In this document: positions 1-9,795 of the stretch, piece after piece
Layout of the letters: each line of letters opens with the position of its first letter
Position numbering within the stretch: the stretch's first letter is position 1
Source of the DNA: Synergistales bacterium
GTDB lineage: Bacteria > Synergistota > Synergistia > Synergistales > JAFGMB01
Assembly: GCA_963666205.1 (NCBI GenBank)
Contig: OY762654.1
Location: 1,664,001-1,728,000, forward strand
DNA: 64,000 nt
Reading direction: 5' to 3'
Position numbers and translations under genes: made by a program
The notes under the pieces: model-generated
Database searches by the model: none
What the model was told of the DNA's origin: nothing
Seen by the model: the letters and a program-made list of their open reading frames with translations, nothing else

Positions 1-274
1 GATCTTCGGGAAGTGTTTTTCCTGTCAATACATTTGGAAGGGAGAGGGGCTCCTGAAGTATCCCTTCCCGAAAAGATTCATCCTGTCCTACTGGATTAGA
101 AATAGAAAAATTTTTCTCCTGCATTTCAAGAGTAAGGACCTTCTTGTACAGGGCTTCTCCAAAAGAGTTTTCTTCGTTCAAACCCTCCAGAGAGGCTTCT
201 CCTTCATGACAGGTGTTCCTGTTCACCAATTTAGGGTTGTTTTCCGTCAGCATTACTGAATTCAAAAGATCCAA
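1..274 (-). CDS. Partial CDS running off the window start; hypothetical, possibly FliK N-terminus
   Basis: GGAGG RBS, then TTG at 274; frame stays open to the window edge (MDLLNSVMLTENNPK...SFGEAL...). The FliK idea rests on context only. Confidence 0.4.
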   Translation of the reverse strand, partial: MDLLNSVMLTENNPKLVNRNTCHEGEASLEGLNEENSFGEALYKKVLTLEMQEKNFSISNPVGQDESFREGILQEPLSLPNVLTGKTLPED

Positions 275-356
275 GTCAAAACCTCCCGGCTTTAAAGGCG
301 TCTCTGTCCCTGTTTATTTTTCGGCCATTTTCGCTTCCGGGAATAGAGAGAGTTTC

Positions 357-390
357 AAAAAAGGACCCCTTCAAAGGTCGAGGGAGTCCC
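357..390 (-). terminator. Intrinsic terminator after fliD
   Basis: Minus strand GGACTCCCTC-loop-GAAGGGGTCC followed by a T run. Confidence 0.6.
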
Positions 391-412
391 AGATATTACG
401 CTGCCAGGGGTA

Positions 413-1858
413 TCAGGAGTTGCTGGAGTAATCGAAGCTGGTGAGGCTCGAGAGGTATTCTGCTTTCTGGGTCATTTCAGCCAGGCTTGTCTCCATGTTG
501 GCATAGAGGATTTCCAGGGAAGCTTTTTCCATTGCTAGCCTTGCTTCCAGGTTTTCTATCCTCTCGTCGATGTTGTTTGAGCTCCTTTCCAGAGAATCCA
601 TACGATTGCTCAGGGACCCTTCCTTTGCAATGGTAGTTCCTACGGTAATGGCGGACTTGGAGATCATGCCTTCTGCAAAAGTCTTCATATCTGCAGCAAA
701 CGAATTCATCAGTTCTTTCACAGCTGAGGGATCTTTGAGCATCCCCTCCATGAAAGCCGATTCGTTGAATTCAAGTTTTCCGCTTTTTCCGTAATCAAGA
801 GATTCGGTGGCTATACCTATTGATGAAAGGATTTTGTATTGCCCGTCAACGGAATCGCTTCTGGATCTGCTCGCAATATATCTCATGTTCTGTTTGGTAC
901 CCCATACCAGGGAATCTCCCCTGAGAAGGCCCCACCTTCTTTCCACATCTGACTTGGGATCCTCGGCAGTTTCTTCGTTCAGGCGAATGTTTATCCAGTC
1001 TATTGCTGCATTATAGGCTTCCATCATTTTCTGCACCGATGTGACTGATTTCTCTGCATCAAGCACCACGTCTACAGACGCAGACCCTTTTCCTGTTATA
1101 TCCAGAGTGAGTCCTTTGATTAGGTCATCTATGGTGTTGGAGGAACGGCTTATTTCAAGACCGTCCACTTTGATAATGGCATCATGGGCTGTCTGAAGCT
1201 CCCTTGCCAGGTTTCCGGTTTCATCCAGTACCCCAAGATCCAGGAGGATGCCGTCATCGTCTGTGGTACTTATTTTGTAATCCTCACCTGTCTCATTGCT
1301 GGTGAGGATCAGGGTATTATCCATTATCTTCGCGGAAAGGGGATTCCGGATGTCTTCTTCCGAAGCTTTCTCCTGCACCGCAATGTTGATGGCTGAAGCT
1401 ACATCGTTGAGACTATCTCCGGATGATATGTTTACGGTGATCTCGAAGTCTCCCACGGAAAGAGAAAAATCCCCTGAAAGTTCAAGGTCGGCTGAAGCGC
1501 TGTCCACCATGTTTCCTGCGATACTATGGTACCCAGCCACCGATAGGACTTCCATTTCATATTTACCGATCTCGGCCTCTGTGGATGCCGTTATGGAGAG
1601 AAAGCCCTCAGAACCGTCAAGTACATTTATATCCGCCGTTTTATCAAGGAAGGTGGATTCCATTCCAAGGGGATCCATACTGTCTCTGAGGTCATTCAGA
1701 TAAGTGTCCAGTTCTCCATAAAGAACCATTTTCCCCTGAATGTCCTCCTGTTCCTCAAGCCATTGGATCTCAACGCTCCTCTTGCTTGACATCATACTGT
1801 CGATAATGTCTCCCCAGTCGATGCCTGAGGATATACCCGTGATCTGAAGATCGGACAT
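413..1858 (-). CDS. fliD: Flagellar filament cap protein FliD
   Basis: N-term GISSGIDWGDII; DAIIKVDGLEISRSSNTIDDLIKGLTL; C-terminal coiled coil. Confidence 0.93.
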   Translation of the reverse strand: MSDLQITGISSGIDWGDIIDSMMSSKRSVEIQWLEEQEDIQGKMVLYGELDTYLNDLRDSMDPLGMESTFLDKTADINVLDGSEGFLSITASTEAEIGKYEMEVLSVAGYHSIAGNMVDSASADLELSGDFSLSVGDFEITVNISSGDSLNDVASAINIAVQEKASEEDIRNPLSAKIMDNTLILTSNETGEDYKISTTDDDGILLDLGVLDETGNLARELQTAHDAIIKVDGLEISRSSNTIDDLIKGLTLDITGKGSASVDVVLDAEKSVTSVQKMMEAYNAAIDWINIRLNEETAEDPKSDVERRWGLLRGDSLVWGTKQNMRYIASRSRSDSVDGQYKILSSIGIATESLDYGKSGKLEFNESAFMEGMLKDPSAVKELMNSFAADMKTFAEGMISKSAITVGTTIAKEGSLSNRMDSLERSSNNIDERIENLEARLAMEKASLEILYANMETSLAEMTQKAEYLSSLTSFDYSSNS

Positions 1859-2010
1859 ATCTTATGTCCCCTTTCTTCTTTGATTGCTTCAGAAAATCTA
1901 TTTATAATCTGAATCACTCTTAACATTTAAAATCTCTTTGCAGATTCTTTCAAGTTTCCGGAAGAGATGGTCCTGACGCTGAATATTTCCTGAACCAGTG
2001 TTTTGTCCTT

Positions 2011-3009
2011 TCATCCCTTTTTCTGTGAAGAAGACTCCGATGGAAGAATATCCACTATGTTTGCACAAAGATTGCCTCTTCGATTTGAACCGAACGTGAC
2101 ATAAAATTTGGGTATTGGGCCCACATGCATAGTTCCCCCTTCGGTTATGGGGGTACCCAGGTTTATGACATCACCCGGAGAGAGGGTGCTGAGTTCCTCC
2201 AGAGTCAGGGTTGTATTTGTAAGTTCTGCCGTCAGATCGATGGAGACCTTCTCGATTTTTCTCGATAGTCTTGCCCTGTCCTCTTCTGAAAGGAATTGAT
2301 CTTTTGTTACGAACCATTCCTGGGGATTGAACCGTTCCATTACCGATTCCAGAGTATGGAAAGGGAGACAGAGATTCATCCTTTCTTCCACCATGCCCAC
2401 CTGTGCCTTTATATTAACAAGAAGGACCATTTCTGCCTTTGGTACTATCTGGACGAAAAAGGGATTACTCTCCTTGCCGAATAGACTGAAATGGATATTT
2501 TCTTCTATGGTTTTCCAGCTCGCGTCAAGCTCCTTCAGGATTCTTGAGAGAGTCCTGTCCACTATTACCCTTTCGAGGTCGGTGAACTCTCTTGCTGAAT
2601 TAATGGGAAGGCCCTTTCCTCCAAGCATCCTATCTATGAGTGCGAACATCAGGATTTGGTTTACTTCCAGTATGGCCTTGCCGTTAAGGGGAATTACGTC
2701 CAGGATTGCAAGAGTGGTAGGAGATATGACGGATCTTACGAATTCTTCATATGGGACCTGTTCCACGTTGGATATCTCAACTGATACCATGGATCTTGTC
2801 ATGGTGGACAGGGTGCTGGTCAGATATCTGGCAAAGCTTTCATGGAGCATCTGAACGGCCCTCATCTGGTCACGGTTGAATTTGTTGGGTCTTCGGAAAT
2901 TATATGGTTTTACTGCTTTTTCCGTATTTTCAGGCGGGCTGGAAACTTCTCCGGAAGCCAGAGCACCAAGGAGTTTATCTATTTCAGCCTGATTCAGTAC
3001 ATCAGCCAC
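2011..3009 (-). CDS. fliM: Flagellar motor switch protein FliM
   Basis: VLNQAEIDKLL CheY-binding peptide, YNFRRPNKF, C-terminal SpoA domain. Confidence 0.95.
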   Translation of the reverse strand: MADVLNQAEIDKLLGALASGEVSSPPENTEKAVKPYNFRRPNKFNRDQMRAVQMLHESFARYLTSTLSTMTRSMVSVEISNVEQVPYEEFVRSVISPTTLAILDVIPLNGKAILEVNQILMFALIDRMLGGKGLPINSAREFTDLERVIVDRTLSRILKELDASWKTIEENIHFSLFGKESNPFFVQIVPKAEMVLLVNIKAQVGMVEERMNLCLPFHTLESVMERFNPQEWFVTKDQFLSEEDRARLSRKIEKVSIDLTAELTNTTLTLEELSTLSPGDVINLGTPITEGGTMHVGPIPKFYVTFGSNRRGNLCANIVDILPSESSSQKKG

Positions 3010-3021
3010 GTAAGTTCCTCC

Positions 3022-3498
3022 TTACTGTACAACGAAGGATTTGAGAAGAACCCTTCTTATCGGACTGGATACCTTTGGCAGGGTGGGACCCACACTGTTA
3101 AGACGGGTGGTTATTGATTCGGAGAGTTTCAGAATTCCTTCAGAGTTCTGAAAAGCCTCCTGGCCATAACTGAGGGATTCGGAAATGACCTCGTTCCTGA
3201 AGAGGGCATTCCAGTATTCCTCGGAATTAAGGGTTTCAAGTACCTTCTGATTATGAAGTTCCAGGATCAGCTCAAAACTTACCAGACTTGGATCGGTGAA
3301 TTTGCCTCCCGGCAGGGAAAGATTGAACTCACCCAGATCAAATATGGGAAAAGCCCTGGTTTCCTCGGTTTTTAATGATTCCTCTCCCATCCCTGCCGCC
3401 ATGGTGCTGAAGAAGATACCTCCTGCAAATCCCACGGCAAAGACAAGTAAAAGAAAGATGCCTCCAAGAATCATTTTTTTGAAGTTTAGTTTTAACAA
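3022..3498 (-). CDS. fliL: Flagellar basal body-associated protein FliL
   Basis: N-terminal TM helix, LGEFNLSL, C-terminal FVVQ; immediately upstream of fliM. Confidence 0.8.
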   Translation of the reverse strand: MLKLNFKKMILGGIFLLLVFAVGFAGGIFFSTMAAGMGEESLKTEETRAFPIFDLGEFNLSLPGGKFTDPSLVSFELILELHNQKVLETLNSEEYWNALFRNEVISESLSYGQEAFQNSEGILKLSESITTRLNSVGPTLPKVSSPIRRVLLKSFVVQ

Positions 3499-3549
3499 AT
3501 TATCCCCTCCTGGAAAAGTGACACCCTTTCGCCTATACTCCTAGTATAA

Positions 3550-3577
3550 TAATCGGCTTTCACGCACCGATTCATTA
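3550..3577 (-). promoter_or_regulatory. Putative sigma-28 promoter for fliL-fliM
   Basis: TAAT-N16-GCCGATTA on the minus strand. Confidence 0.55.
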
Positions 3578-3602
3578 ATGGAAACTGAAACAATATTTTT
3601 AC

Positions 3603-4817
3603 ATGCCGGAAGGGAGAGCATTCACCTTGCATCAGCCGCGAACTTTGTTACGGCTTTTTTCATATTTTTTATTTTTCCTGTTCCTCCTTCTGCCGCATTA
3701 TGTTCTTGCAGCCGAAAAAAACAGTCCTACAGCCTGCCATAGCTTGAAGGTTGCCTTTCTGGTGAGTGAGAGTAAAAAGGGTATTGCCCTTTCGCAGGCA
3801 GCAAGCCTTTTTCTGAACGAACTATTTCAGGAGGGCGGCACGAAGATAGAACCTCTTTTTATCAGGATGGGATCATCAGGCAATACATGTTCCTTCGAGG
3901 ACCTGCCGGGATTTCTTGAAGAAAAGGAAGTGGCAGTGGCGATATCTCTCCTTAGAGGTCCTGGTGTTTCCTGCCTGAATAATGTTTGTGGAAGGATCAA
4001 AATTCCAATTTTAATGACGTGGGCAGAAAGAATAGACCTGTCAGGGTATAGAGACGAAAACCCTCCCCTATTGTTTAGCCTTGATTTTCCGGAATCATTC
4101 AGGGCTTCAGCCATGACTTTATGGGCAAAAAGCAGTGAACAGAAGGATTGGTTGGTCTTTACGGATAATCTTGACAGAAGGTCAAAGAAGATGGACAAGT
4201 TGTCCTCGGATCTTTTCTTCACTAATAACATACAGCACAGGTCAATAAAATTTCTTCGAAACAGCCCATATGGTTTCATAAATTCTTCCAGAGAGTGTGT
4301 CACTTCCGGTTCAGAAAACCTCCTTTCCTGGCTCGCGTCTTCAGATACCATGATATTACAGCAAACAATCTTTTCCCTGGGAGCCTGTGTGAGGAGGCTG
4401 GTCTACGGAGGTCAGAAAGAGGACATATTACTGGGTGCTGACGGGATAACTGTCTTCAGTCAGGATCCATTTCCGGAAAATAAATTTACTGAGCAGATCC
4501 TTGATACTCTTCCTCAAAACCTGATGGACAGGATATCGTCCTCGGAGCTTATCAAGGTGAGAGCCGTCCTGGTATGGTTTTCCACGGCTCTGTCCGATCT
4601 TCAGGATAATCCTATTACCTCAGCGGATCTGGTCTCTTGTCTCGAGGAAGTAATCTCTATTTCCATGCCGGGTTTCTCCGTCAAGTTTTCCAGGGGTCTT
4701 CACTGGCCTGTTAGAAAGACTATATTCATTCTACACTCCAGAAATGGTCTATGGGTAGAGGAAGGAAGTCTGTTGATGGAGATGTCTCCAGATGGATCCT
4801 TTTCTATAGCCCGATGA
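3603..4817 (+). CDS. Exported hypothetical protein, possibly type I periplasmic-binding-protein fold
   Basis: 404-aa ORF with hydrophobic signal region; alpha/beta pattern loosely like LivJ-type binding proteins. Confidence 0.55.
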   Translation: MPEGRAFTLHQPRTLLRLFSYFLFFLFLLLPHYVLAAEKNSPTACHSLKVAFLVSESKKGIALSQAASLFLNELFQEGGTKIEPLFIRMGSSGNTCSFEDLPGFLEEKEVAVAISLLRGPGVSCLNNVCGRIKIPILMTWAERIDLSGYRDENPPLLFSLDFPESFRASAMTLWAKSSEQKDWLVFTDNLDRRSKKMDKLSSDLFFTNNIQHRSIKFLRNSPYGFINSSRECVTSGSENLLSWLASSDTMILQQTIFSLGACVRRLVYGGQKEDILLGADGITVFSQDPFPENKFTEQILDTLPQNLMDRISSSELIKVRAVLVWFSTALSDLQDNPITSADLVSCLEEVISISMPGFSVKFSRGLHWPVRKTIFILHSRNGLWVEEGSLLMEMSPDGSFSIAR

Positions 4818-5586
4818 AGAGAGGGATCATTTCGAGGAACCTGTCCACCTCAAGGGGTAGAAGCTGCTTTACCATGACAACGGCCAGTATGGACAGCAGG
4901 AACAGTGCAAGAAGGATCTTCACAGGAAAGCCAAGCATGAATATGTTCATCTGCGGTACTGTTCTTGCCATGAAACCCAGTCCCATTTCCGCAAGGAAGA
5001 GAACCCCGAAATAGGGAAGTACTATCTTTACTGAAAGGATAAAAAGTTCTCCTATCCACGTGTAGATTCCCTCTAAGGACAGCATGGAGATCATGGAGGT
5101 ACCTACGGGAAGTAAATTGAGACTTTCCACAACGGCCCGGGTCATGATCAGATGTCCCCCCAGATAGAACCAGAACCATGTTCCCAGAATGTATTTGAGC
5201 TGCCCTATGATAGCAACTTTTTGCTGCGAAAAAGGGTCGAGGATCTCTGCCATGGCAAAACCCATCTGCTGGCCTATAAAGCGTCCAGCCATCTGCAGAG
5301 CGTAGAGAGGGCTGGATGCCAGCACTCCCAACATAACGCCCACCAGTATTTCCCTTCCTGAAAAGATAAGAAAGCCTGCGGTGGTTAGAAGATCCTTCAT
5401 CTCCACCTCGGTGTCCTTCAATATTGGCATACAGGCGAGGGCAAGGGTAAGGGACATCCAGAACTTCACAGGTGTGGGCAGAGAGGTTCCAGAGAAGAAT
5501 ACAAGAGACGTCATGAGCCCGAGAAATCTCAGTGAGGTCAGAAACACTATAAGGATAAAGGGAATAAGTTCGTTATGAAAATCCAT
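4804..5586 (-). CDS. fliR: Flagellar export protein FliR
   Basis: AGRFIGQQMGFAMA, RTVPQMNIFMLGFPVKI. Confidence 0.95.
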   Translation of the reverse strand: MDFHNELIPFILIVFLTSLRFLGLMTSLVFFSGTSLPTPVKFWMSLTLALACMPILKDTEVEMKDLLTTAGFLIFSGREILVGVMLGVLASSPLYALQMAGRFIGQQMGFAMAEILDPFSQQKVAIIGQLKYILGTWFWFYLGGHLIMTRAVVESLNLLPVGTSMISMLSLEGIYTWIGELFILSVKIVLPYFGVLFLAEMGLGFMARTVPQMNIFMLGFPVKILLALFLLSILAVVMVKQLLPLEVDRFLEMIPLFIGL

Positions 5587-5591
5587 GGCCC

Positions 5592-5858
5592 TTAATTGAT
5601 GAAAGAGTTGAGGTTTCCCAGTACATCCACCGCCATTTTCAAGATAGGTCTAAAAATAGTTGGGCCAAGAAACAGGGTGCTCAGGATAACCACCAGTATT
5701 TTAGGAACGAATGATAGGGTCTGTTCCTGGATGGAGGTTGCCGTTTGGAGTATCCCGATAATAAGTCCTACTACCATTGCTGCCGCCAGAATGGGCAGAG
5801 CTGCCCATATGGCAGTCCAGACTGCATTGTTGAATAAAGCGGCCAGAGAACCATCCAA
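5592..5858 (-). CDS. fliQ: Flagellar export protein FliQ
   Basis: GILQTATSIQEQTLSFVPKI. Confidence 0.96.
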   Translation of the reverse strand: MDGSLAALFNNAVWTAIWAALPILAAAMVVGLIIGILQTATSIQEQTLSFVPKILVVILSTLFLGPTIFRPILKMAVDVLGNLNSFIN

Positions 5859-5871
5859 GAGACCTTCCTCC

Positions 5872-6642
5872 TTAATTGAAACTCTTTACCAGGCTGACCA
5901 CCACAAGGTTCCACCCATTAGCAAGAACAAAGAGAAGAACCTTGAAGGGAAGGGATACCAGCATTGGCGGCAGCATTATCATCCCCATGGACATGAGAAT
6001 GCTGGAGACTATCATATCTATGACAAGAAAAGGGACGAAGATGACAACACCCATCTGGAAGGCTGTCTTGAGTTCACTGAGCATGAATGCCGGAAGCAGA
6101 ACCAGTGTGGACACATCCTCGGGAGTCTCGGGTCTTTCCATGTCTGATAATGAGATCATCAGGGATAATTCCTCGTCCCTGGTTTGGGAAAGCATGAACT
6201 GCCGAATAGGCTGGAGGCCTCGGTTAAGAGCCTGATCAGCCTGTATCTGACCTGACTGAAGAGGTTTATAGGCTTCCAGATAGACCTCTTCCCATACCGG
6301 TCTCATGACGAAAAGACTAAGGAAAAGAGCCAATGTAACTATAACCTGGTTGGGGGGAAGCTGCTGAATTCCCATGGCATTGCGAAGGAATCCAAGTACC
6401 ACCAGGATGCGGGTGAAACTGGTTACCATAAGGACCATGGCAGGTGCCAGGCTAAGGATCGTTATCATAAGGAGTATCTGTATTGTTACAGAAAGCTGTT
6501 GCGGGTCTCCTGGCTGACCTACGCTCAGATTCATCGAGGGAAGGGTCGGGAGGGAAACTTCCGCAGCAGAGGCTCCCCCTGCTAGAACACAAATGAAAAA
6601 CAACAGTACAACTTTCAGAGGCCAGCCCCTTATAGTGATCAA
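5872..6642 (-). CDS. fliP: Flagellar export protein FliP
   Basis: TSFTRI, PPNQV, PAFMLSELKTAFQMG, MGMIMLPP. Confidence 0.97.
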   Translation of the reverse strand: MITIRGWPLKVVLLFFICVLAGGASAAEVSLPTLPSMNLSVGQPGDPQQLSVTIQILLMITILSLAPAMVLMVTSFTRILVVLGFLRNAMGIQQLPPNQVIVTLALFLSLFVMRPVWEEVYLEAYKPLQSGQIQADQALNRGLQPIRQFMLSQTRDEELSLMISLSDMERPETPEDVSTLVLLPAFMLSELKTAFQMGVVIFVPFLVIDMIVSSILMSMGMIMLPPMLVSLPFKVLLFVLANGWNLVVVSLVKSFN

Positions 6643-6735
6643 CTCCTTTTGATAGAAGTCAAATATTAATTATAATATTTATACTGTTGTTTATAATAAA
6701 ATAAAAACTATTATTTGTACAGATAGGATTTGCTT

Positions 6736-7269
6736 CTACTGCTGAAAACCAATTACTACGTAAATGGTGTAACCCTTTTCTCCCTGGAGGGAGATAGTGT
6801 ATTATCAGATACCCTGAAGTGAGGATGGGAAGGATAGTAGATTATTCCCTGCAAAAAGCCGGGGAGCGGTTATATTGATCCTGACGGGTTGGGATTTCCC
6901 GAACTCCTTCAAGGCGGTTCCGCATATCATGTTTGCGAGTTCTCCCAGGTCGGTTATGGAAAGGGGGGTATCTGTTTTCGGATCCTGGATCATTCCTCCG
7001 GACATGGTGATAATGGTTTTCTTGAAAGCTCCAGGGTCTGTGAGAATTGTTATGAACCCCTCAATATCATCTCCTATTACGCCTATAAGAGCAGCGGCGC
7101 AGCTTCCGGAGGTTTTCATCCAGGTCCCTTTCATGTCAAGTTTGAGGCTCAGCCCGAGATTCTTTGCTACTGTAATGGTGGAGACTGCAAATGCCGGAAC
7201 CATGAGTGTCAAGATTTCCAAAAACGCTATCTTGCAAAATTCCTTTCCTTCTTTCTCGCTGTTATTCAC
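6736..7269 (-). pseudogene. cheX: CheX-family chemotaxis phosphatase interrupted by tandem stops
   Basis: GELANMICG and ITAPRLFAG motifs. TGA-TAA at 6807-6802 is followed in frame by YTISLQGEKGYTIYVVIGFQQ*, resembling the missing C-terminal strands. Confidence 0.7.
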
Positions 7270-7344
7270 CTTAGCAGCAGTTGAAAATTCTTTCTTTGAT
7301 CATTCAAAACTTCGCTTGTTTATGTTTCGGGGGGCAGAACTTGG

Positions 7345-7373
7345 TTGTTGTAAATGACTACCTATTCTATAAT
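7345..7373 (+). promoter_or_regulatory. Putative sigma-70 promoter for the HD-GYP gene
   Basis: TTGTTG-N17-TATAAT. Confidence 0.55.
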
Positions 7374-7414
7374 TAAGAAAATTGACCTAACACTTTTCTT
7401 GAGGAGAGATAACT

Positions 7415-8719
7415 TTGGCCACCATAGATGTTAAGGTGAAAACTTCGGAGCTTAGACCTGGACAGGTTCTTGCTGAGGACATTTACGATATTTACGGAAG
7501 GCCTCTCCTTTACGCAGGGGTTATACTCACCCCCACAATCATCAGGGGTTTGATCCTCAGGGATTATTTGGATTATGTAAAGATCCGGGTACCCTGCGAA
7601 GAAGCTCCCCAAGGCCTTATCAAGCCCGAGGAATCTGTAAAAGGAATTCCCAGGGGTATCCACAAGAAGATAGGTAATTTCTTCGACCGAGCCAGAGATG
7701 TTGACCGGATCAATGCAGAAATGATTGATGAGCTTTCCAAAGATGTGAAACCTGTAATAGATAATATTTTCGATTCGGAGCCGGTCGTAATGGATAGCCT
7801 CCAACTTCTCTCCAGTCACGATGACCATACGCACCAGCATTCCTGGATGGTTATGCTTCTGACTCTTTCGATCCTGCGAAATGCGGAAATTAAAGGAATT
7901 CTTCGACCGGATCCTTACGATAAGATGGATGCTGCACTTGGGGCTCTCCTCCATGACATAGGTAAGACAAAGATCTCCCTTGATGTCCTTCTCAAGCCAG
8001 GCAAGCTGACATCAGAAGAATTTGACCTTATTCGAAAACACCCAACCTATGGCTACGAGATGGTGAAGACTACACCAAATCTGATGCCCATTCCAAAGGC
8101 CATAATAGCCCATCATCATCGTTATCTCGATGGTACCGGATACAGTGCAGAAGGTTTGCCTCCCCTGGAGAGGTTGCCTGATCTGGTTAGGATAGTTACC
8201 ATTGCTGATGTATACGATGCAATAGTGTCAGAAAGGCCCTATCACGTGGCTGCCCTTCCCTTCCATGCCTTGAAAATACTTTTTCAGGGTGCAGTAAGCA
8301 GGTTCGATGAACGCTTTATTTCTCTTCTCAATGATATTGTTGCGGCCTTTCCTTTAAGCTGCTTCCTGCTTTTTTACGGTGGAATAATCGCTCAAGTTGA
8401 AGAGATCAATGAGGAAAATAAAGATAATCCTCTAATTAAGATCATTGGGTCTTTTTCTCGAAAAGGGGCTCACCTTGTGGGTAGCAAATTTTATCTGGAT
8501 TCCGCCCCTTTTGAAATGCCTAAAGAAAAAAGCCTCGTCCTCGGCGCCTATTCAATAGACAGTCTTGAAACAAAAGTCAAGGGAGCTGTGAGCCTGGGCA
8601 AAAGTTCAGAGGATATAATAGGTCCGGAAGAAAATAACTACTTTAGCTCTCTTCCAATATTCGAGGAGTCCCTGCAGAAGATTTTCTCGTTATTTCAAGA
8701 AAAATCCCTGCAACTTTAA
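7415..8719 (+). CDS. HD-GYP-family cyclic-dinucleotide phosphodiesterase with variant motif
   Basis: LLHDIGK, KPGKLT, HPTYGY, HHRYLDGTGYS, ADVYDAIVSERPYH. Confidence 0.88.
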   Translation: MATIDVKVKTSELRPGQVLAEDIYDIYGRPLLYAGVILTPTIIRGLILRDYLDYVKIRVPCEEAPQGLIKPEESVKGIPRGIHKKIGNFFDRARDVDRINAEMIDELSKDVKPVIDNIFDSEPVVMDSLQLLSSHDDHTHQHSWMVMLLTLSILRNAEIKGILRPDPYDKMDAALGALLHDIGKTKISLDVLLKPGKLTSEEFDLIRKHPTYGYEMVKTTPNLMPIPKAIIAHHHRYLDGTGYSAEGLPPLERLPDLVRIVTIADVYDAIVSERPYHVAALPFHALKILFQGAVSRFDERFISLLNDIVAAFPLSCFLLFYGGIIAQVEEINEENKDNPLIKIIGSFSRKGAHLVGSKFYLDSAPFEMPKEKSLVLGAYSIDSLETKVKGAVSLGKSSEDIIGPEENNYFSSLPIFEESLQKIFSLFQEKSLQL

Positions 8720-8761
8720 TCATAATCACTGGTTAACTGAAAATAATCATCAGTCTGGTTA

Positions 8762-9118
8762 TCATAACAACACCTTGTTCACTGCTTCCAGGATCCTATC
8801 GGGCTGAAATGGTTTTACAACAAAATCCCTGGTTCCTGCCTTTATGGCCTGAACAACAATGTCATGCTGTCCCATAGCGCTTACTATGACCACATTTGCT
8901 GGGGGATCCAGTTTTTTCAGGGCAAGAAAAGTGTTGAGTCCGTCCAGTTCAGGCATGGTTATATCCAGGGTTACCAATTCGGGTTTAAGCCTGACATATT
9001 CCAAAAGGCACTTTTTCCCGTCTTCGGCTCCGCCGACTACTTCATGATTTCCCTTGGTCTGGATATCCTTCATCATCCTCATGAAGGCAGCATCGTCTAC
9101 GACAAGAATTTTACCCAC
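8762..9118 (-). CDS. cheY: CheY response regulator, apparently degenerate
   Basis: VVDDAAFMRMM, LDITMPELDG, SAMGQ, FVVKPF. Relative to the usual MRMMLKDIL it has a one-residue deletion, plus several odd substitutions. Confidence 0.85.
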   Translation of the reverse strand: MGKILVVDDAAFMRMMKDIQTKGNHEVVGGAEDGKKCLLEYVRLKPELVTLDITMPELDGLNTFLALKKLDPPANVVIVSAMGQHDIVVQAIKAGTRDFVVKPFQPDRILEAVNKVLL

Positions 9119-9129
9119 ATCAATACCTC

Positions 9130-9449
9130 AAGTTCATTTTCAAGTTCAACGTTCTTCCAGTTCAGGAAAAGGATAAGAATTAAAGAGAATCATAAAACCA
9201 TTTTTCTTTTCTTAACTTCCTGAAAGTTCAACTCTCTTTCCGGTATATGTCCCAAATCACCTGAAAAACTGCTCTCGGCTATAAACCATCGTAATGATGC
9301 CTCAGGAACGGATCCTTACATCCTTGGATTTTCTCTGACTGATCATCTTTGTGGGGGCTTTCATAAAACAGTACAAGGATAAATACTGTGAGGACTCCAG
9401 GGACAAGGAAAGGTACAGGATCTTAAATCTTCTAATGATCTTTAAACAT
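9130..9449 (-). pseudogene. Probable frameshifted remnant of a Cache-domain chemoreceptor N-terminus
   Basis: Fragments in shifting frames: MFK..RRFKILYLSL, GVLTVFILVLFY (TM), GHIPERE, YPFPELE; several stops. Confidence 0.4.
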
Positions 9450-9795
9450 CTCCGACCTTTTTCCTGTTCTGCAAGCCATCTGTCAGTCTTGCAGAGGCCT
9501 CCCGAACTGACTCGGCATCTCCCCTGGCAAATGATTCGAGCATCTCCAGAAGGGTTTCTTCTTCCATCCTCAACCTTGCCATGACCCGGCTGTATTTTCT
9601 TATCAGAAGGGTATCCTTTTTTTGGGGCCTTGGAACATCTCTCCTCAGCCCAGAGTAGTGATCCTCTATCCGTTTTTTCAGTTCTTTTTTCCTGTAGGGA
9701 TCTCTAAAACAAGCAGCCATTTCTGCTGCACCTGGCAGCGAAAATCCCTTGTTTCTGATCATTATATATTTTCTCTCCTCCCGGATGGGGTTCAT
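9442..9795 (-). CDS. Hypothetical helical protein
   Basis: 117-aa ORF overlapping the flhG stop codon. Confidence 0.55.
   Translation of the reverse strand: MNPIREERKYIMIRNKGFSLPGAAEMAACFRDPYRKKELKKRIEDHYSGLRRDVPRPQKKDTLLIRKYSRVMARLRMEEETLLEMLESFARGDAESVREASARLTDGLQNRKKVGDV

Noticed and set aside
1853-1869. GGACATA/TATGTCC inverted repeat over the fliD start as a copy of the cassette operator
   Set aside because: Spacing differs from GGGAC-N4-GTCCC and there is no partner site or -10 at 22 nt; at most a weak RBS hairpin.
6802-6807. Selenocysteine or stop read-through in cheX
   Set aside because: The TGA is immediately followed by TAA, and neighbouring che genes are also broken.
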